Source: Lingula anatina
Lineage: Eukaryota > Animalia > Brachiopoda
Direction: 5' to 3'
DNA: 64,000 bases
Assembly: GCA_051362555.1 (NCBI GenBank)
Contig: CM120644.1
Coordinates: 16,266,534-16,330,533 of the forward strand
Program-made: the position numbers and the translations under genes
Notes under the pieces: model-generated
The model's database searches: none
What the model was told of the DNA's origin: nothing
The model's input: only the letters and a program-made list of their open reading frames with translations
Shown here: positions 39,001-53,400 of the stretch, piece after piece
Layout: every line of letters begins with the position of its first letter
How positions within the stretch are numbered: position 1 is the stretch's first letter

Positions 39001-41767
39001 AATGTGAAAGTAAGAATTATTTGCATCATGTATTCAGATGTCACTGCCTAGTCCATAATTATGTGCAAACTCGAATCTTCCTTTTGTCATTCCACAAAAA
39101 GTGAACAATTGTTTATTAAATGTTTTGAGATCCAATAATATGCATAATACGAAGAAAGTTACATTTCACAAGGAATCTGAAAGACCCCTTTAAACCTTAC
39201 CTTAGAGCAAATTGTGGCTGTCTTTATGAAAAAACCTTAAATTTGCTTTTAAAGGTGACAGTTAACTACTGTATCATGGTGTCAAAAAATATTGGCAATA
39301 TTGCAAAGTTGACTAAATGATATTTACATTTATTGATTTTTAGCAGTCTGCAAATGCAAGCTTTAGCTCAAACACCTTTCAACTTTTTGCGAAATAGGCC
39401 CCAATGGAGCATGTTGGAACTGAAAGCTGTGGCAATGTGTACGTGAGTCCAGTCACACTGCCACAGTATTGTAACTAAATATCTAAATGGGTTAACTCCA
39501 GGGAATCGAAGACGTAAATGACTTTCTTTGAAACACACTTCAGAAGCTGTTGGTTTCTTCGAAATGCTATTACTGTCATTTGAACATTAAAAGCTGTTCC
39601 TGTCAATTAGCCTGTTGAATCAAACAGAAAGGCGACAAATTACTTCCATATTTCAATCACCTGTTTCAGATGTTTAATCCTTCTAGATTTGTAATAATTT
39701 TTAGCTGCTTGCAAAACCAATTTTTGGACTTGAACCCTTCCTTGCAGTCAACTTTTTTCACAGATTTGTCAAAACATTATATAATTTTATAGTACTAGTA
39801 GGTGACATGCATTAAAGGTATCAGTTATAATACCTTCAAGATATATAAGCCTTGAGGTAATTTCCAGGATGTGCATGTACATGTATATGGCAAGATCTAC
39901 ACGCAAGGAATATTCTGCATTAAATTTTAACTCGGTAGAAAATCTTTGGAGAGGTGGGCCTATGCACGTCATTTGATACTTGCTGTAAACTGTTTTTTTT
40001 CCTAATGCTAACATTATGTTACTGTTTTATTAGCATGAATTAAGGCCATATTGAGGAAAATTATGAATTTTTGTAAAAATGATGTTTATTCTGGGCTTGT
40101 AAAAATACTTCGTACTTTCTGCTATTGTTGGAATAAGTTATCCATCTTTTTAACTATTATACTGTATAGTTCACTGTGTAGATAATAATTTTAATTATTT
40201 CCCTATATCACCCTATATACTGTGGATATGCCTTGGCCTTGGGTCATTCTCTCCTTGGGCTGAAAAACAACTTGTTTTTCTCAGTGCAGCCTAATTTCAC
40301 TTGTGGTAATTGAACTACGGATGGCACCTTATTGTGATAGGGTCTGATAACAAGGAAAAAAATGGACAGTATTTATCAATATGGCTGATTGTTATCCAAG
40401 TTATTATCACCATGGATGATAAACAGGTTGTGGTCGCGTTCACACCTGGTTTAACTTGAACAGGTATCAGTGTAAAAGGCATTAAAGGACATTAAAGACA
40501 TTCATGTGACATTCATATTTAGTGGAAATGTGCCTCAGAATCTTGGGTTTGCCTCTTATATAAGGGGATCAAACATTTGCATCATTGTTCTCTATCTCAT
40601 CATACCATGTGGCAAATAACTCCAGGGGCCAGTTCCAAAAAAATAAAGGTATGTGCACATATATTGTGTATAGTCTCAAAATTGGCCTTAATTTTTGTCA
40701 CAGAAATTTTGGTTTACACCAGTTCATGATGCATTCATATTATATTCAGATAAGTATTTGTATTATAATAATCGTAATTTAAAGAAATATATTTCTATAC
40801 AGTATTTGTGGTGCTTTTACTGCATACTAGTAGATAAGAGCCATAGCTTAGCATGTTATTTCATTTTGTGCTAACACTTAATAAGAATGTTCTAATTTCA
40901 TTGAAGAAATTATGACTTAAAAAGTACAGTGTCTGTAAAATTAACACTTTTCCTGTATAATTGCAAAAATTATAGTAATTACCTTACCTGTCTAAATTGT
41001 ACTGTTTGTGAACATAACTTTTAGAATTTGACGGACTGGGGTTTGATCGAGATTACATACACAGCTGGAGATTACATGTCTTTTGTTCGTACATCAGTTG
41101 CTGGCAAGTTGTTTACCATAATACATAAGGGAGAGGTAAAATAAGGCAACCCTTTCCATTATCCAATGTATTATGTGACAAAGTGAAATGAAAATTCAAT
41201 AGATGATATTTGTAGGGTGAAATTGCACTGAGAGTTCATGGTTCATTTGTAGAAAAATGAATGAAGATATTAATGATAAATAATAATGATAAATAAAAAT
41301 GAAAATAAAACTTATCTCCTTCAGGTTCAACTCAGTGCTCTTGTACAACATAGAGATTAAAATTTACAATTCTAAAACATTTTAATGAAACAAAAACAAT
41401 GCTGGAGAGCAAGCTCTTCAGTGAACTATAGAATTTGAAGTCAATATCTAGTCATCTAGCTTCAAAAGAAAGGCTTATTGCCATGTGAAATTTTTAAGGT
41501 TTAAGTTAATCTCGATGTGAACACAACCATTGCTGGTAGTGAAGATATAATAATATACATGTTGGGTTGGTGTGCAAAAAAATCAATTGTATTGTCCCCA
41601 TCCAAACTGATGATCCGAGGCTAATCTGCAATTTCTGAAATAAATGATATTTTAGGATAAGGGCATTCTAATCATTCTTTACAGTATGGTCAAACTGCAC
41701 CATTTTTTATAATCATTCACAAAATTATAGTCCATTGGCTATGCTTCTGAAAACAATTTTTTTCTTT

Positions 41768-41798
<31 letters not shown>

Positions 41799-44355
41799 AT
41801 AAAAATGATGACCCTTTAATCAAGGGCATTGAACAAATAGATATTGGAAAAACCAGGTGTTTAACATTTATTTAAAAAATTAATTGAAATCCATCATTTT
41901 ACTAGATTTGATATATATCTGTATAGATATAACCTCGCTCTTTGTATTTTATGTAATCGATTGCAGTCTCCCCTTGGTGCCCTAGACATGGCTCAGACAT
42001 AGCTCAAAAATAAAACAGTCTACTGGCATTATTGTTGATTAGATTTTGATAAGATTGCATTATACAGGACTGTAGCAGCAACCTGTAGTTTGTTTGAATT
42101 TTTGTTTGTTTGATCAATGGGCAATTCACTGAAATTTATATTAACTGGGTGATCCAACTGATTATATTTGTCTGTCTGCTATTATGCCAGACAGATATTA
42201 AAAAGCAACCAGTGATTAGATAATTTGAACAAAGAATTATCTCCATTTATTGTTATCCCAGACATGAGCTTTTTCCACTGAATCACAGAATTACCCTTTT
42301 TTACATGACCCCAGAGCAATAAAAACCCTAAAAAATTTATGAAAGGTGTTTGGTTCCACAATAAATGTTTATAGTTTTTTTTTCTAAAACCTGGGCTTAA
42401 ATGCCTGTACCCTTTTGAGGTTCTGCATTACATTATATATATATATTTATAATTGAGATGCTTACTTTGAAATACGGGCTGTATGGTTTAGTTATTTAAT
42501 TAACTTGGTATTATTGTACTGTCTCTCTTTCACTTTCATTTTTCTAAAAGAAAACATAGATAGATATTGTGATAATAAATAAATGGAAATGCGTAAAAAA
42601 TTGACTTAACTGCAGAAGTTTCAAATATCCCATCATTTCATCATTTCATCATTATAATTACCATTTTAATCAAAGACTTCTAAGGGCAGACTTTCTTCTT
42701 TGTTTCGTCCTATTTATTGCTCTTTTACTAGACTAATGGAGAAAAAAAAAACCCAAGTATTATTTGTAGGATATGATCTGGAGTCTCTCAGAGATAATTG
42801 ATGTTTGACCTCAGAAAACTCTGTCCTCATTTCTGAGTCAAAGTAATCAGTTGATTAGATCTTGTATTGTCTTAAACCATCTATATCAATAAACTGTGCC
42901 AGAAGAATAAAAGGGTTGTTATTGCTCTAGTCTAAGAGTTAGGTCAATTTAAGTATGAACATCGTAGGCTGCATTCACAACGGCAGACTAACAGATGTGC
43001 AGATAAAATATGGCGACCCACTTAAAAGCTTGCCACATAATCCCCTAATAGACATTGAATAGATTATGCTACAAACATTCAAGTGGGTCGGCCATATTTG
43101 ATCCGTGGATCTATTAGTCTGCTGTTGTCAATGCAGCCATAGTCGACTAGGTGCATGTTTAGGCCCTGGCGGAGATCTCGCAGTTTGACATCAGAGCCAA
43201 AATTTCAGGAGCGGACTTAGGCCGTCTTCTGGGTCTTCTGGAAGACGGTCAGATTTTCAAGTTTACATTGACGGGTATCTCATTTTTCCTGTCGGAAGAC
43301 AGTCAAAAATGGAGGATGGAACAATAAAGATAATTTGGAAGCCTGTCAGAAAATATGTCTGGATCCGCCCCTGAATTTCATCCATATAATGGCGCGTGTG
43401 GAGGTGGGGAGACCATTGGGAATCGGTGGCATCGCTTTTGAATTGTGGTTGGCCATATTTAGTTGGTGGATCAGTTAGTGCTCGGATCATATATTCTGAA
43501 TTCCCCCTTAGACTTGCGTTCGCATTGCGCACAGCACAGAAGGCAATCAAAGTGTCAACTACTTCCTGAAGTTAGGATTTATTATTTATTTCAATATAAT
43601 TGATCATCGGGCTTTATTCAGTTCCTTTCAGTTTTTTTTTAGATCTCGTTCTCTCAGCCATAACTCACACTCACAGGAAATTATGATCAAAGTCAGGTAT
43701 TTCATCTCATCTCCTGACAACTGTGATGTTTTCAGTCTACTGCTCCAGTCAGAATTAAATAGATAGTTTTGTCTTTGATAGACACTGCTCGATCAGAATT
43801 AAGTGCCGTCATGGTTTGTTTTTGTAGTAGTTTTTTATTATGTACTGTACATGTAACTTTATCATAAAAAAAAAAATATATATATATATCTGAATACTTT
43901 TACACATGCATACAAGCGCATGCAGGCACACACACACACACATACTACTTATTTTTATTAGCATTAGTATTAGTATTGTGCCTTGGTGGCAGTTTGGATT
44001 CAGACAGTGCTCTAGTTTGTTGTGATACAGTTATGTTGAAGATGAGAGCTTGTGGTAGTTGAGACAGGGCTGTTTATCTGTCATTGCACAGTGATGTGAT
44101 AATATAGAAAACAAGCCGTTTCAAACAACTTCATTCAAACAGACAAGTCCTTGGCACTAACCTTCCCCCCCCTCCCTCTGGTCAGAAAAGGTCTGCTTTG
44201 AATCAGAATTTGATCAAAATTCTCTTCTGCTTTTCAAGTTCTGTCAACTAAGGGGAAAAAATGTCCACCTTTTCAGGAAAAGACCCCTTATATGATATTG
44301 CTGGCAGCAGACCTGTGCTGTCATGTTTTTACTTGCTACCTATTCTCTGACATCT

Positions 44356-44400
<45 letters not shown>

Positions 44401-47400
44401 GGAAACTCAGAATGCAACGTTTTTTAAATTCAATTATGATGGTTCCTGAGATTCGTCAAGATCTGCAAAGAAGTCTGGGTTAGGTGTCATGATAAATGTT
44501 TGAAACGTAGGCTCACGTCTGTATTTTAAGTTAAGCCTTGTCATATTCTTTGTGGTTGATGGAGAAATAAGAATGCTTCAGTGAAGGTGTGTGCGTGTGT
44601 GTTCATGCATATTTGTGTTTGTGTAACATGTGTAAGAATGTTAGGCGGGGTATTTAGATTTTAGTTATTTAATATTCTTTTGTATTTTTCTGCATAGAAA
44701 TGTCATCCAGGGTCCAACAATAGTGTTTAAGTGACGCATAAGTGGCACGATGAATCCCTTAAGCATTTACTTCAAAATGATAATTGACTAATTCACTACA
44801 AAAGAGAAGAAGAAAATTGATATCTGTCATCTCTGAATGAGCAATAAATGCAGGCAGCATTCATAATGTTATAACCTTGAGATAGATAAAGGTAATAGTT
44901 TGCTTGAAAAAAAAAATGTGATTTGTATTGGTACTGGTACCTTCAAGCCATTTTCTTTTATGCCAGCTGTTAGGTGAGTCATAACTCATTGACAATTTGC
45001 CATAATTTGCCCAGAGAAAGATAAAGTAAACTCGGGTCTATTTTTTCACAAGTGAGCCTTATATTAAGCTGAAGGCGGTTCTCTTTAAATCATCAAGGGT
45101 AACTGTTAATTTGGCTTATGAGACATGAAAGAGGAGGGTCCGGGGACTGGACATGTTTGCAGAGCGAGAGATGATCGCAGATAACTCCCATGTCCTCCGC
45201 TGCTACTGAAGATAAAATTTAATTGGCTTCAAGGACGAGTATCAGTTGTGGTAATTACTCTCTGATTTTGAGCAGGATTTTTTAGGTGGATATTCTAGAA
45301 TAGTATTTTGTTTAGTATTGCTAATTATTAGGTAGAGGCAAGCTTTCCGTTCTGGTGGTCCTTGAGAAGAGACAAAACCAAAGAAAAAGAAAATTGCTAA
45401 TTATTTAATGACACCCCTGATCGCAGATAACTCCATGTCCTCTACTGCTACTGAAGATAAAAATTAATTGGCTTCAAGGACGAGTACCAGTTGTGGTAAT
45501 TCCTCTCTGATTTTGAGCAGGATTTTTTAGGTGGATATTCTAGAAAATATATTTTGCTTAGTATTGCTAATTTGTAGGTAAAGGTGTGTTTTCCACTCTG
45601 GTGGACCTTTAGAAGGGACAAAGCCAATAGTCCAAGAAGAAGAATGTTGCAAATTATTTAAAGACTACATGAAAATTACTGTGTTTGGCTGACAAATGGA
45701 AATATATTTTTTAATTTCCTGTTGTACGAGTAACTAAATATTATAAATATAGAAAGGCAGCAATGTTTATTATGAGTATGGTGCTTGAAATTTGTGAACA
45801 AGTACCTTACTTCTGTAAGTGCCAAGTGTCACTGTAAATGTAGGACAGTAGGTCGTGTTCACATTTGGACCAATTTAAAATCATAGGGTCCAAAATTTTG
45901 GTATCAAAATGCATACCATAGCTTAATATTTAATTTTACTATTTTTTTTTTCGATATCCTGAGTATATACCATAGAATTATATTGGTATTGATACTTTGT
46001 TTATTGTTTACTTAAGACAGAAGCTAGTCTAGATAAATGTAAATGTGAAATTTATACAGATGAAGCTTCCAAGTTAGGCTAGTTTTGAATAGACTTGAGA
46101 AACACAGTGATGGTTATGAAATACATGCAAGGGGGTTTGACCATCAAAATGTTAACTGTTAATATAAATTCAACATAGGTTCTATGTCAGCATGGTAAAA
46201 TTTCAGACACCCTTGCTCTTGAAATTGCCTGCTATTGGCTACACATATTCTGTAGCATTAACTGGGAAAAAAGTTATTATATCATTTTTTTAATGAATGA
46301 TAAGGGTAAATTTGACATATATTGGGCATCAAAAAAAAAAAAAAAATGATGTGGTTTGTGGAGCATTTCTGTGTAACCAACATTTCATCACCTTAATTTC
46401 TATGCTGACGATTTGGATATAACCGAGATCTGTAAGTTATAATGTACCCTACTTTGAAGAGTCAGTCATGTGGTTAGGACCATTTGAAGAAGGAAATGAC
46501 ATTCCTTTTAGATAAAAAATATTTAAATTTGTCTGTTTAGAAATTCCACTATTAATTACCATGATGACCTTGTTTCCTATGCATATAAAGACCTTCAGTG
46601 ATGGCATATGGTTGTCCTTGGGAAGACATATGATAATCACTCGATCTTTGCAATGAGCAAGAATTGTTAATTTTACAAATATTGTATTTTTACTGTCACA
46701 ATGTCTTCAAATTAGAATATCCCTATTGAGTGGTAGTAACAAAATTTAGCAGCAGTAATTATTGTAATATTCCATACAGTAAAAGCACTACAAAAGTGAT
46801 AAAGAAATATGATCTTTGTAATTATAAACTAATATGTATCTGAAAGTTTGATAATTTTTTGCCCATTGAAAAGATCGTGTCAATACCTATTCTAGCCTAA
46901 GTTAATCTGGGTTTGAATGCGGCCATAATAAGGGTGCTGTGGCCTACTTTTCTTTTTCATTTTCCCTGACACTGTCATGATCTATATTTTACATGGTGTT
47001 GTCATAGAGGAAGTAAAGTCATGCATGCAGTTGATAAAATAGTGAGATTTGCATTCTTTGTCGGCACACTCTGACAGTGTTAAATAATTTTGAACTAGAG
47101 GTAAATCTTTAAGTGGAAGGCAGTGTTGGGGCTTTTCAATTTCTGGTAAGTTTTTAAATTTTATTTTAAAAAATATTCTGGTTTTATATTTAAGGTGTGT
47201 GATGGTTTTATGTACTGTACATGTAGAAAAATATTGAAGAGTTTTAAGTATAATATATTTTTTCTCTGGTGGAATTTGTGCATTGTTTTAAGAAAAAGGG
47301 GATGCTTTTGAGTCAATAGAAACAAAAAGAAAAAAATGGCTTGTTGCTGTATCACATACATATATGTTCTTACATGTACCTAGTAACTAAAGTAAATTGT

Positions 47401-50400
47401 GGACAGTTTTCAAAAGTTAGAATAGCGCCCGTATGGACTCCTTGTGACAAAGAATTACAACACTTTTGAACAGTTGCTGAAATTATGTTTACATAACATG
47501 TGAATTCTGTCTTGCATAGGCCTTCAACTCACCTGAAGCTAGATCATAATTAATTTAAGTTTTCTTTATGAAATATATCAAAGTGATTGAGATATTAAGT
47601 GCAATATTGGTTATTTATAATGTCTTCTTGTGTAAATGATCAGAACTTACATCAGTTGAAACATGATCAGTTTGTGAACTGATTCTTAACTCTTATTACA
47701 CATTCATATGCCAAAGGTATGGTGCGTGAATAGGGAGCAAATGAATTACAAACTGTTGTGAGATAAGTGACACCAGATAACACTGTGTGGAATTACAGGT
47801 TTCAGCAGTCGTAGTGTGTGCCAAAGGGAGCGTTCAGATAAACCCATCCTCTTAGCTGGATCGATTCAACTCTATTAGAGATTCTCCCTAAGTGAAATCA
47901 CTTTTGTTGGCTTAAATGACCAAGATCGCATTCACAACGAGTTGAGCCAGGCTTTACAAATCCTGGGGACTAAATATGGCGGTCGTACATGAAAGAAAAA
48001 CCGCCTAATATTTTAATAGTCTCTCCGCCTATCACACGCCTCCCCACACGTCGTCCCTGCGTGGGGAACAGTCATTAAATCTCGGCTCCATTGGGACGAC
48101 ACATGGGGAGGCGTGTGAGAGGCGGAGAGACTATTAAAGGATTAGGCGGTTTTTCTTTCATGTACGTCCACCATATTTAGTCCCCAGGATTTGTAAAGCC
48201 TGGCTCAACTCGTGAATTCGATCTAACACCTCCTTGAGCTGCTAAGACGAAGGCACACAAATGTTAATTACCCCCCAGCTATGAAGGAGACTTAGCATGC
48301 AATTAGGCTGATTACACAACGTAAATGCAATTAAGTGAAAATCCCCTGCAGAGCTGTTTGGATTGTTCAGGCTGGTACGATGTTTGAATCTGAAAAGGGT
48401 CTAAATCTTCTACAGGTGTTATAGTGCGTTACTGCAACAGAGATAGTCCAATTCACTAATAGATTATTATATAGAAATGAAACTCTTTTGAATTTAGACA
48501 TAAATCGGAATATTTAGCTGCAACAATTCTCTGGACCCATCTAGGCTTGTGCACCTTTATCTGCATTTTTAAAAAGTTGAAATAAAAATTTTGTTCTATG
48601 AAAAAAGGATTTTGAAAGCTTGGTTAAAATAACTATTTTGTCATAGACACTTGATTATAAAATATAAATCATTCACATGGGGCACATGAAGATGGAAAGT
48701 CACTCCTGGACAAACTGGACTGGATGTGAATGTATAGGTAGGAATAGACGGACAGATACTAGTAACGTGATGCCCATTGGTTCTGAGAACGCATTCCCAG
48801 AGATCTAGATCGACTTTACATCCTGGGTGTTCATGCTAAATTGCTGTCAGCCGACCGAGTATGGAAGTTAATTACCCCATTACAGCTTATAGTAGGCGGG
48901 ACAGACATTTAAGCTGGCTAAGCTGACAGTAATCTAGTGAGACTCCCCACGGGGATAGATGGATCTAAAATCTGTGGGGTCTGAGATTCAGAAATCCCCA
49001 TGAATAGCCATTTTTCTGTCAAACAACATAGACTAACTAGTCTGTGGATCAAATATGAGGTGAGTCTGACAGTATGAATTCTCGCCTCCCAAGCACCTTC
49101 CAAGCAGGGGCAGAGTGATTAAACCTCGATCTGCACGCTTTCAAGTGGGTTGCACCAAAAAGTGATTTTTTTTAGAGGAACCTTCTAGTATTTGTTTATT
49201 TGTTTATGCCATTTGGTTATTTACTTTCAGATGGAGACAGAATGGAGAGGGCAGCTTCTTAGGACTGCATCAGAGAGGTTGGCAGGGAAGGCAGTGCAAA
49301 GAAAGGTAAATAGATTTAATTTCCTGCTTAGTTTTTGTTGGTTGCTATAGACAATCATTTTCCATAGAATTCATTGTTTTGGTGACTGTGACTGCATCCT
49401 TGAATATTTCACCATGGTATTTTATTAATAACATGGCTTTTGTCTGCTCATTAAGACATGGAACAGTTGTTTTTCTTTTCCTTGACTAATCGATATTTCT
49501 GCTGTATTCGTATCGTTGTATTAAGGTCTAAGTTGCTATCATAGGCTTACTTGGATGTGTTTGTACTTTGATTAATTATGATTGGATTGGTCTTTAGAAT
49601 TCCACCAAAACAACTAAACAACTAAAATCCAAACAACTAAAATCTTAGCCAGAATAGGCCAGGTCGTACTCATCAATTTTAAAATACAAATTCTTGAATT
49701 TTTCCCAAAATGTGGGCCATTATATATTTTCTCTTTTTATATGCCCCAACTTGGAAAAAAGCACATATGCAATATGTACATGCATAGGTTTATTTCTTTC
49801 ACATTTTGATTCAGAATGGACCTTTTTTGACCAAAATGATGACTTTTTCTAACACCCCCACCCAAACTGAACTACCCCATACCCCTATACCCTGTCTACG
49901 AGCCTTGTCGATACTTGATTGCTTATGGCAGTTGCAGCAGAGATCTCAAATGTCTTCTTCATACATCCTCATCAGACGTCAGCAATACGATGTAGATACA
50001 TTCTGAATAATTTACCACCATTGTTTTCCAGGTATTACTGAATATTTATAACCAAGACAGCAGCTACAAGACAGTCCCTATCAATGAGTACAGTAACGTC
50101 TGGGACCTCTGCTACTTACTGGTGATGAAGAATCATGCAATGGAGGACAAAAACTGGATGTTGGTGGAGCACCTTACCAAACTAAATCTGGGTAAGAGAG
50201 TAAATGTCCTGATTCTTAGGGCACATTCCCATAGATTTTAGATCGATCTATCCCCGTGGGGAGTCTCACTAGATTAATGTCAGATAATCCGGCTTAAATG
50301 TCCGTCCCGCCTACTACAAGCTGTTAGGGGTAATTAACTTTCGTGCCCGCTCGGCTGACAGGTATTTAGCGTGAACCCCCAGGGAGTTAGGTCGATCTAG

Positions 50401-53400
50401 TTGGATCGATCTAATCTCTTGTAATGGCAGGGTCAATCTATCTCAGCAGGGATTCTTGCTAAGGCGCGGTCAAAGTAATCAGCTTAATTCTCTGGTATGC
50501 CTTCTTGGTAAAGTCAGAAAAACCTTGTGGTCCTTGATGTTGTTCATGTTGCTTTGTGAGTGGGTGTGTCAGACAATAAAACTGATTACATTACTGAGTT
50601 TTCCCAGTCTTCTTTAATGTAAAATTTAAAAGAAAATTTTTCAAATTTGAGGATTTTTTATACTTTTAGAAAGAGGACTGGAGGACCATGAGCTCATATT
50701 GCCATTGTATGACCAGTGGAAGAATAACGAGAACAACAAATTTTACTTCAGGAAAGATTTCAGAAAATATGACCTATTTCAAAACCCTGCTGTAAGTACT
50801 CATAGAAGCCATTCAGAACAGAATTTTACAGATATTAAAAGTTTTTAAGTCATAAATACTTAGAATTAAAATATCCCATTGAGTGGTAGCAAAAAAATTG
50901 AGAAGCAATCTGCCTTATTTGTTCTGTACCAAAAATAGTACATAGAATATAAATTTTAATGATTTTAAAGTTCTGTTTCTGAAAGATTGATAATTTTTCT
51001 GCATTATAAATATCGGGTCATTACCTTAACATGTTTATACAGTAAAATAGAAAAATGTCCGATGGTGAATGATTGAATTTGCTGTTTTTTTCCTTCCAGC
51101 AATATTACCCTGACCACTTGGTGGACACAGAGGAAGACTTAGTGGGGATAAGTAAAAAAGCCGAAATACAGAAAAAAATGCTGCTACAGGTAATTATATG
51201 ACATGTACAGTGAAACTACACATATGCATGAACCTAGGTACTAATATGCACAAACATGCACATGCAGAACAAAAGGTTTTATTTCTCCTTGAAAATATGT
51301 CACACATAAACACAAGTGTATGAAAAAACAGTTCAGAGATTTGTAACAGAAAAACAGAAGAAAAAGAAAAGATGCAGCGAAGCTACAAATGCAGACTTAC
51401 AGCAATATAAGGATGAAAAGCCAGACCTGGTCTAATCAATCACTCCTACAAATTTCTTAAAAATCTACATATTTTGTTAATATTTGATTTGATACCTGAT
51501 TGTGGTATCTTAAGAAAATGTTTCACTCAATTGCAAAACTGTAATAGCCCACTAATGCTTCTTCAGGTAATAATTTTCCGCTTATTGTACATCCTAAGAT
51601 ATTATACATCCTAAGAATTTCAATTTTAATTAATTATTTAATATTTTAATTCAGAATTTATTCAGTGAGTCGGATAGAGTTCCAGATATGCAAGGGTTTC
51701 TCCATGTCAAAGACGCGGGTAAGAAGTCTTGGAAGAAGATGTTTTTCCTTCTCCGTGGTTCGGGACTGTATTATTCCACAAAAGGAACATCAAAGGTAGA
51801 TACCTGAATCTTTTTTGTGACGAATTTAAAGTAGTGTCACAGAAGATATAGAGATTAATGCTAGTGACAAGCATGATTATGATTATAATCATTTTAATTT
51901 GTTACTTTGCCATAAAATCAGCCTAAATTTCTAGTTACAAAGTTTAAATAAAGATGTTTAAGATAGCTGCTGTAAATGGCTTATTAGTAATTTTTCATCT
52001 AAAGATGTCAAAATCAATTTGTTATCAGATAAACTCACATTAATTTTTATAAAGGAAACGTATTTTAAAATCTAAATAATTTTAAATTGATAAAATAATT
52101 GTATTTATTTCAGGATCCCCGACACCTTGTAACTTTCTCCCAGCTCACAGATTGCAATGTTTACTTGTGTTTAAGTGCCAAAAAAACTTTTCATGCACCG
52201 ACAGATTTTGCCTTTTGTTTAAAGGTAAGTATTGAGGTGAAGACAAAAGTTTGATTGTGGGGGTTAATTGTTATTATTTGCGGTATCATACAGCTTTTTG
52301 AAAAATATTTTCCATTGCCTTTTGTAATGATGATTAAAAAGTTATATTGTTTACATCTAAGTTTTGAGTTCAATAGGAAATCACGACACAAAATTTCATC
52401 TGTATGTACCATCCAGTTTTAAATTTAGTAAGAATGATATGTTACAGTTGTTTTCAAAAAAGCTTACACATGTCATTAACTAAAATTTCAGCCTTCAGAA
52501 GATGTAGAAGATCCCAAAGATTTGAAGTGTTTGTGTGCCGAGGATGAGAAAAGTCGAATAAGATGGGTTGCGGGGTTACGCTTTGTTAAGGTGTGGACTG
52601 ACTTCTGTGTGATTTAATTTTTTTATAATGCACCAAATTAAGTAACATTTATTGTGACATAAAATGATAGACGGAACTAAGCTACATACTAGTAACTTTA
52701 TTTAACGATTTCAGGATTGTCTTGTCAAATTTTTACATGAGAAAACGTAAATGGATTTTGCTCATTGATACCTTTGGCTTGTCTGGAGTTGTTATAAATA
52801 TTAATCTTTATATCTTTGTTTATTTTGTATCTGTTATTATTATTATAATAATAATTATTATTTTCTGACTTGTTTGTATCCTTTTTATGCAGTTTGGGTC
52901 CAAATTACGTGAAAACTATAAAACAGCCATGAGACGAGAAGAAAAAGCTAAACTAGCAGAGAACGGGCATGGGCTGCCTGGGCAGAAAGTAAGTAGTGAT
53001 TATACAGTCAACCAAATAAGTTTGAAAACACGAATGAAATTGTTTTTCAGCAATTAAAAGCCTATTTTATGTAGCGGGAAAACCTACAGTGTGTATAATT
53101 AAAAAAGTAAGGAATTGTGAGTGCATTATCCATCAATATTTGGTTAAAATATTTACATTACCTCATACATCTTTGGCTATGTTTAAATTATTTTTATGTT
53201 TCCAACATTTTTTTGGTCGTGTCAAGAAGTGATGGGTGACATCTGACTAATGACATTGTGAGGGCATTTGCTACTGTATCATACCTAGCAGTGTCAACAT
53301 CTCTGCCAGTGACATATTTCTGAAAATTTCAATTATGGTCTTATTCACACCAAAATGCTGATTTTTCACTGTGATGGTTTTGATGCAGTGATTTTGATGC

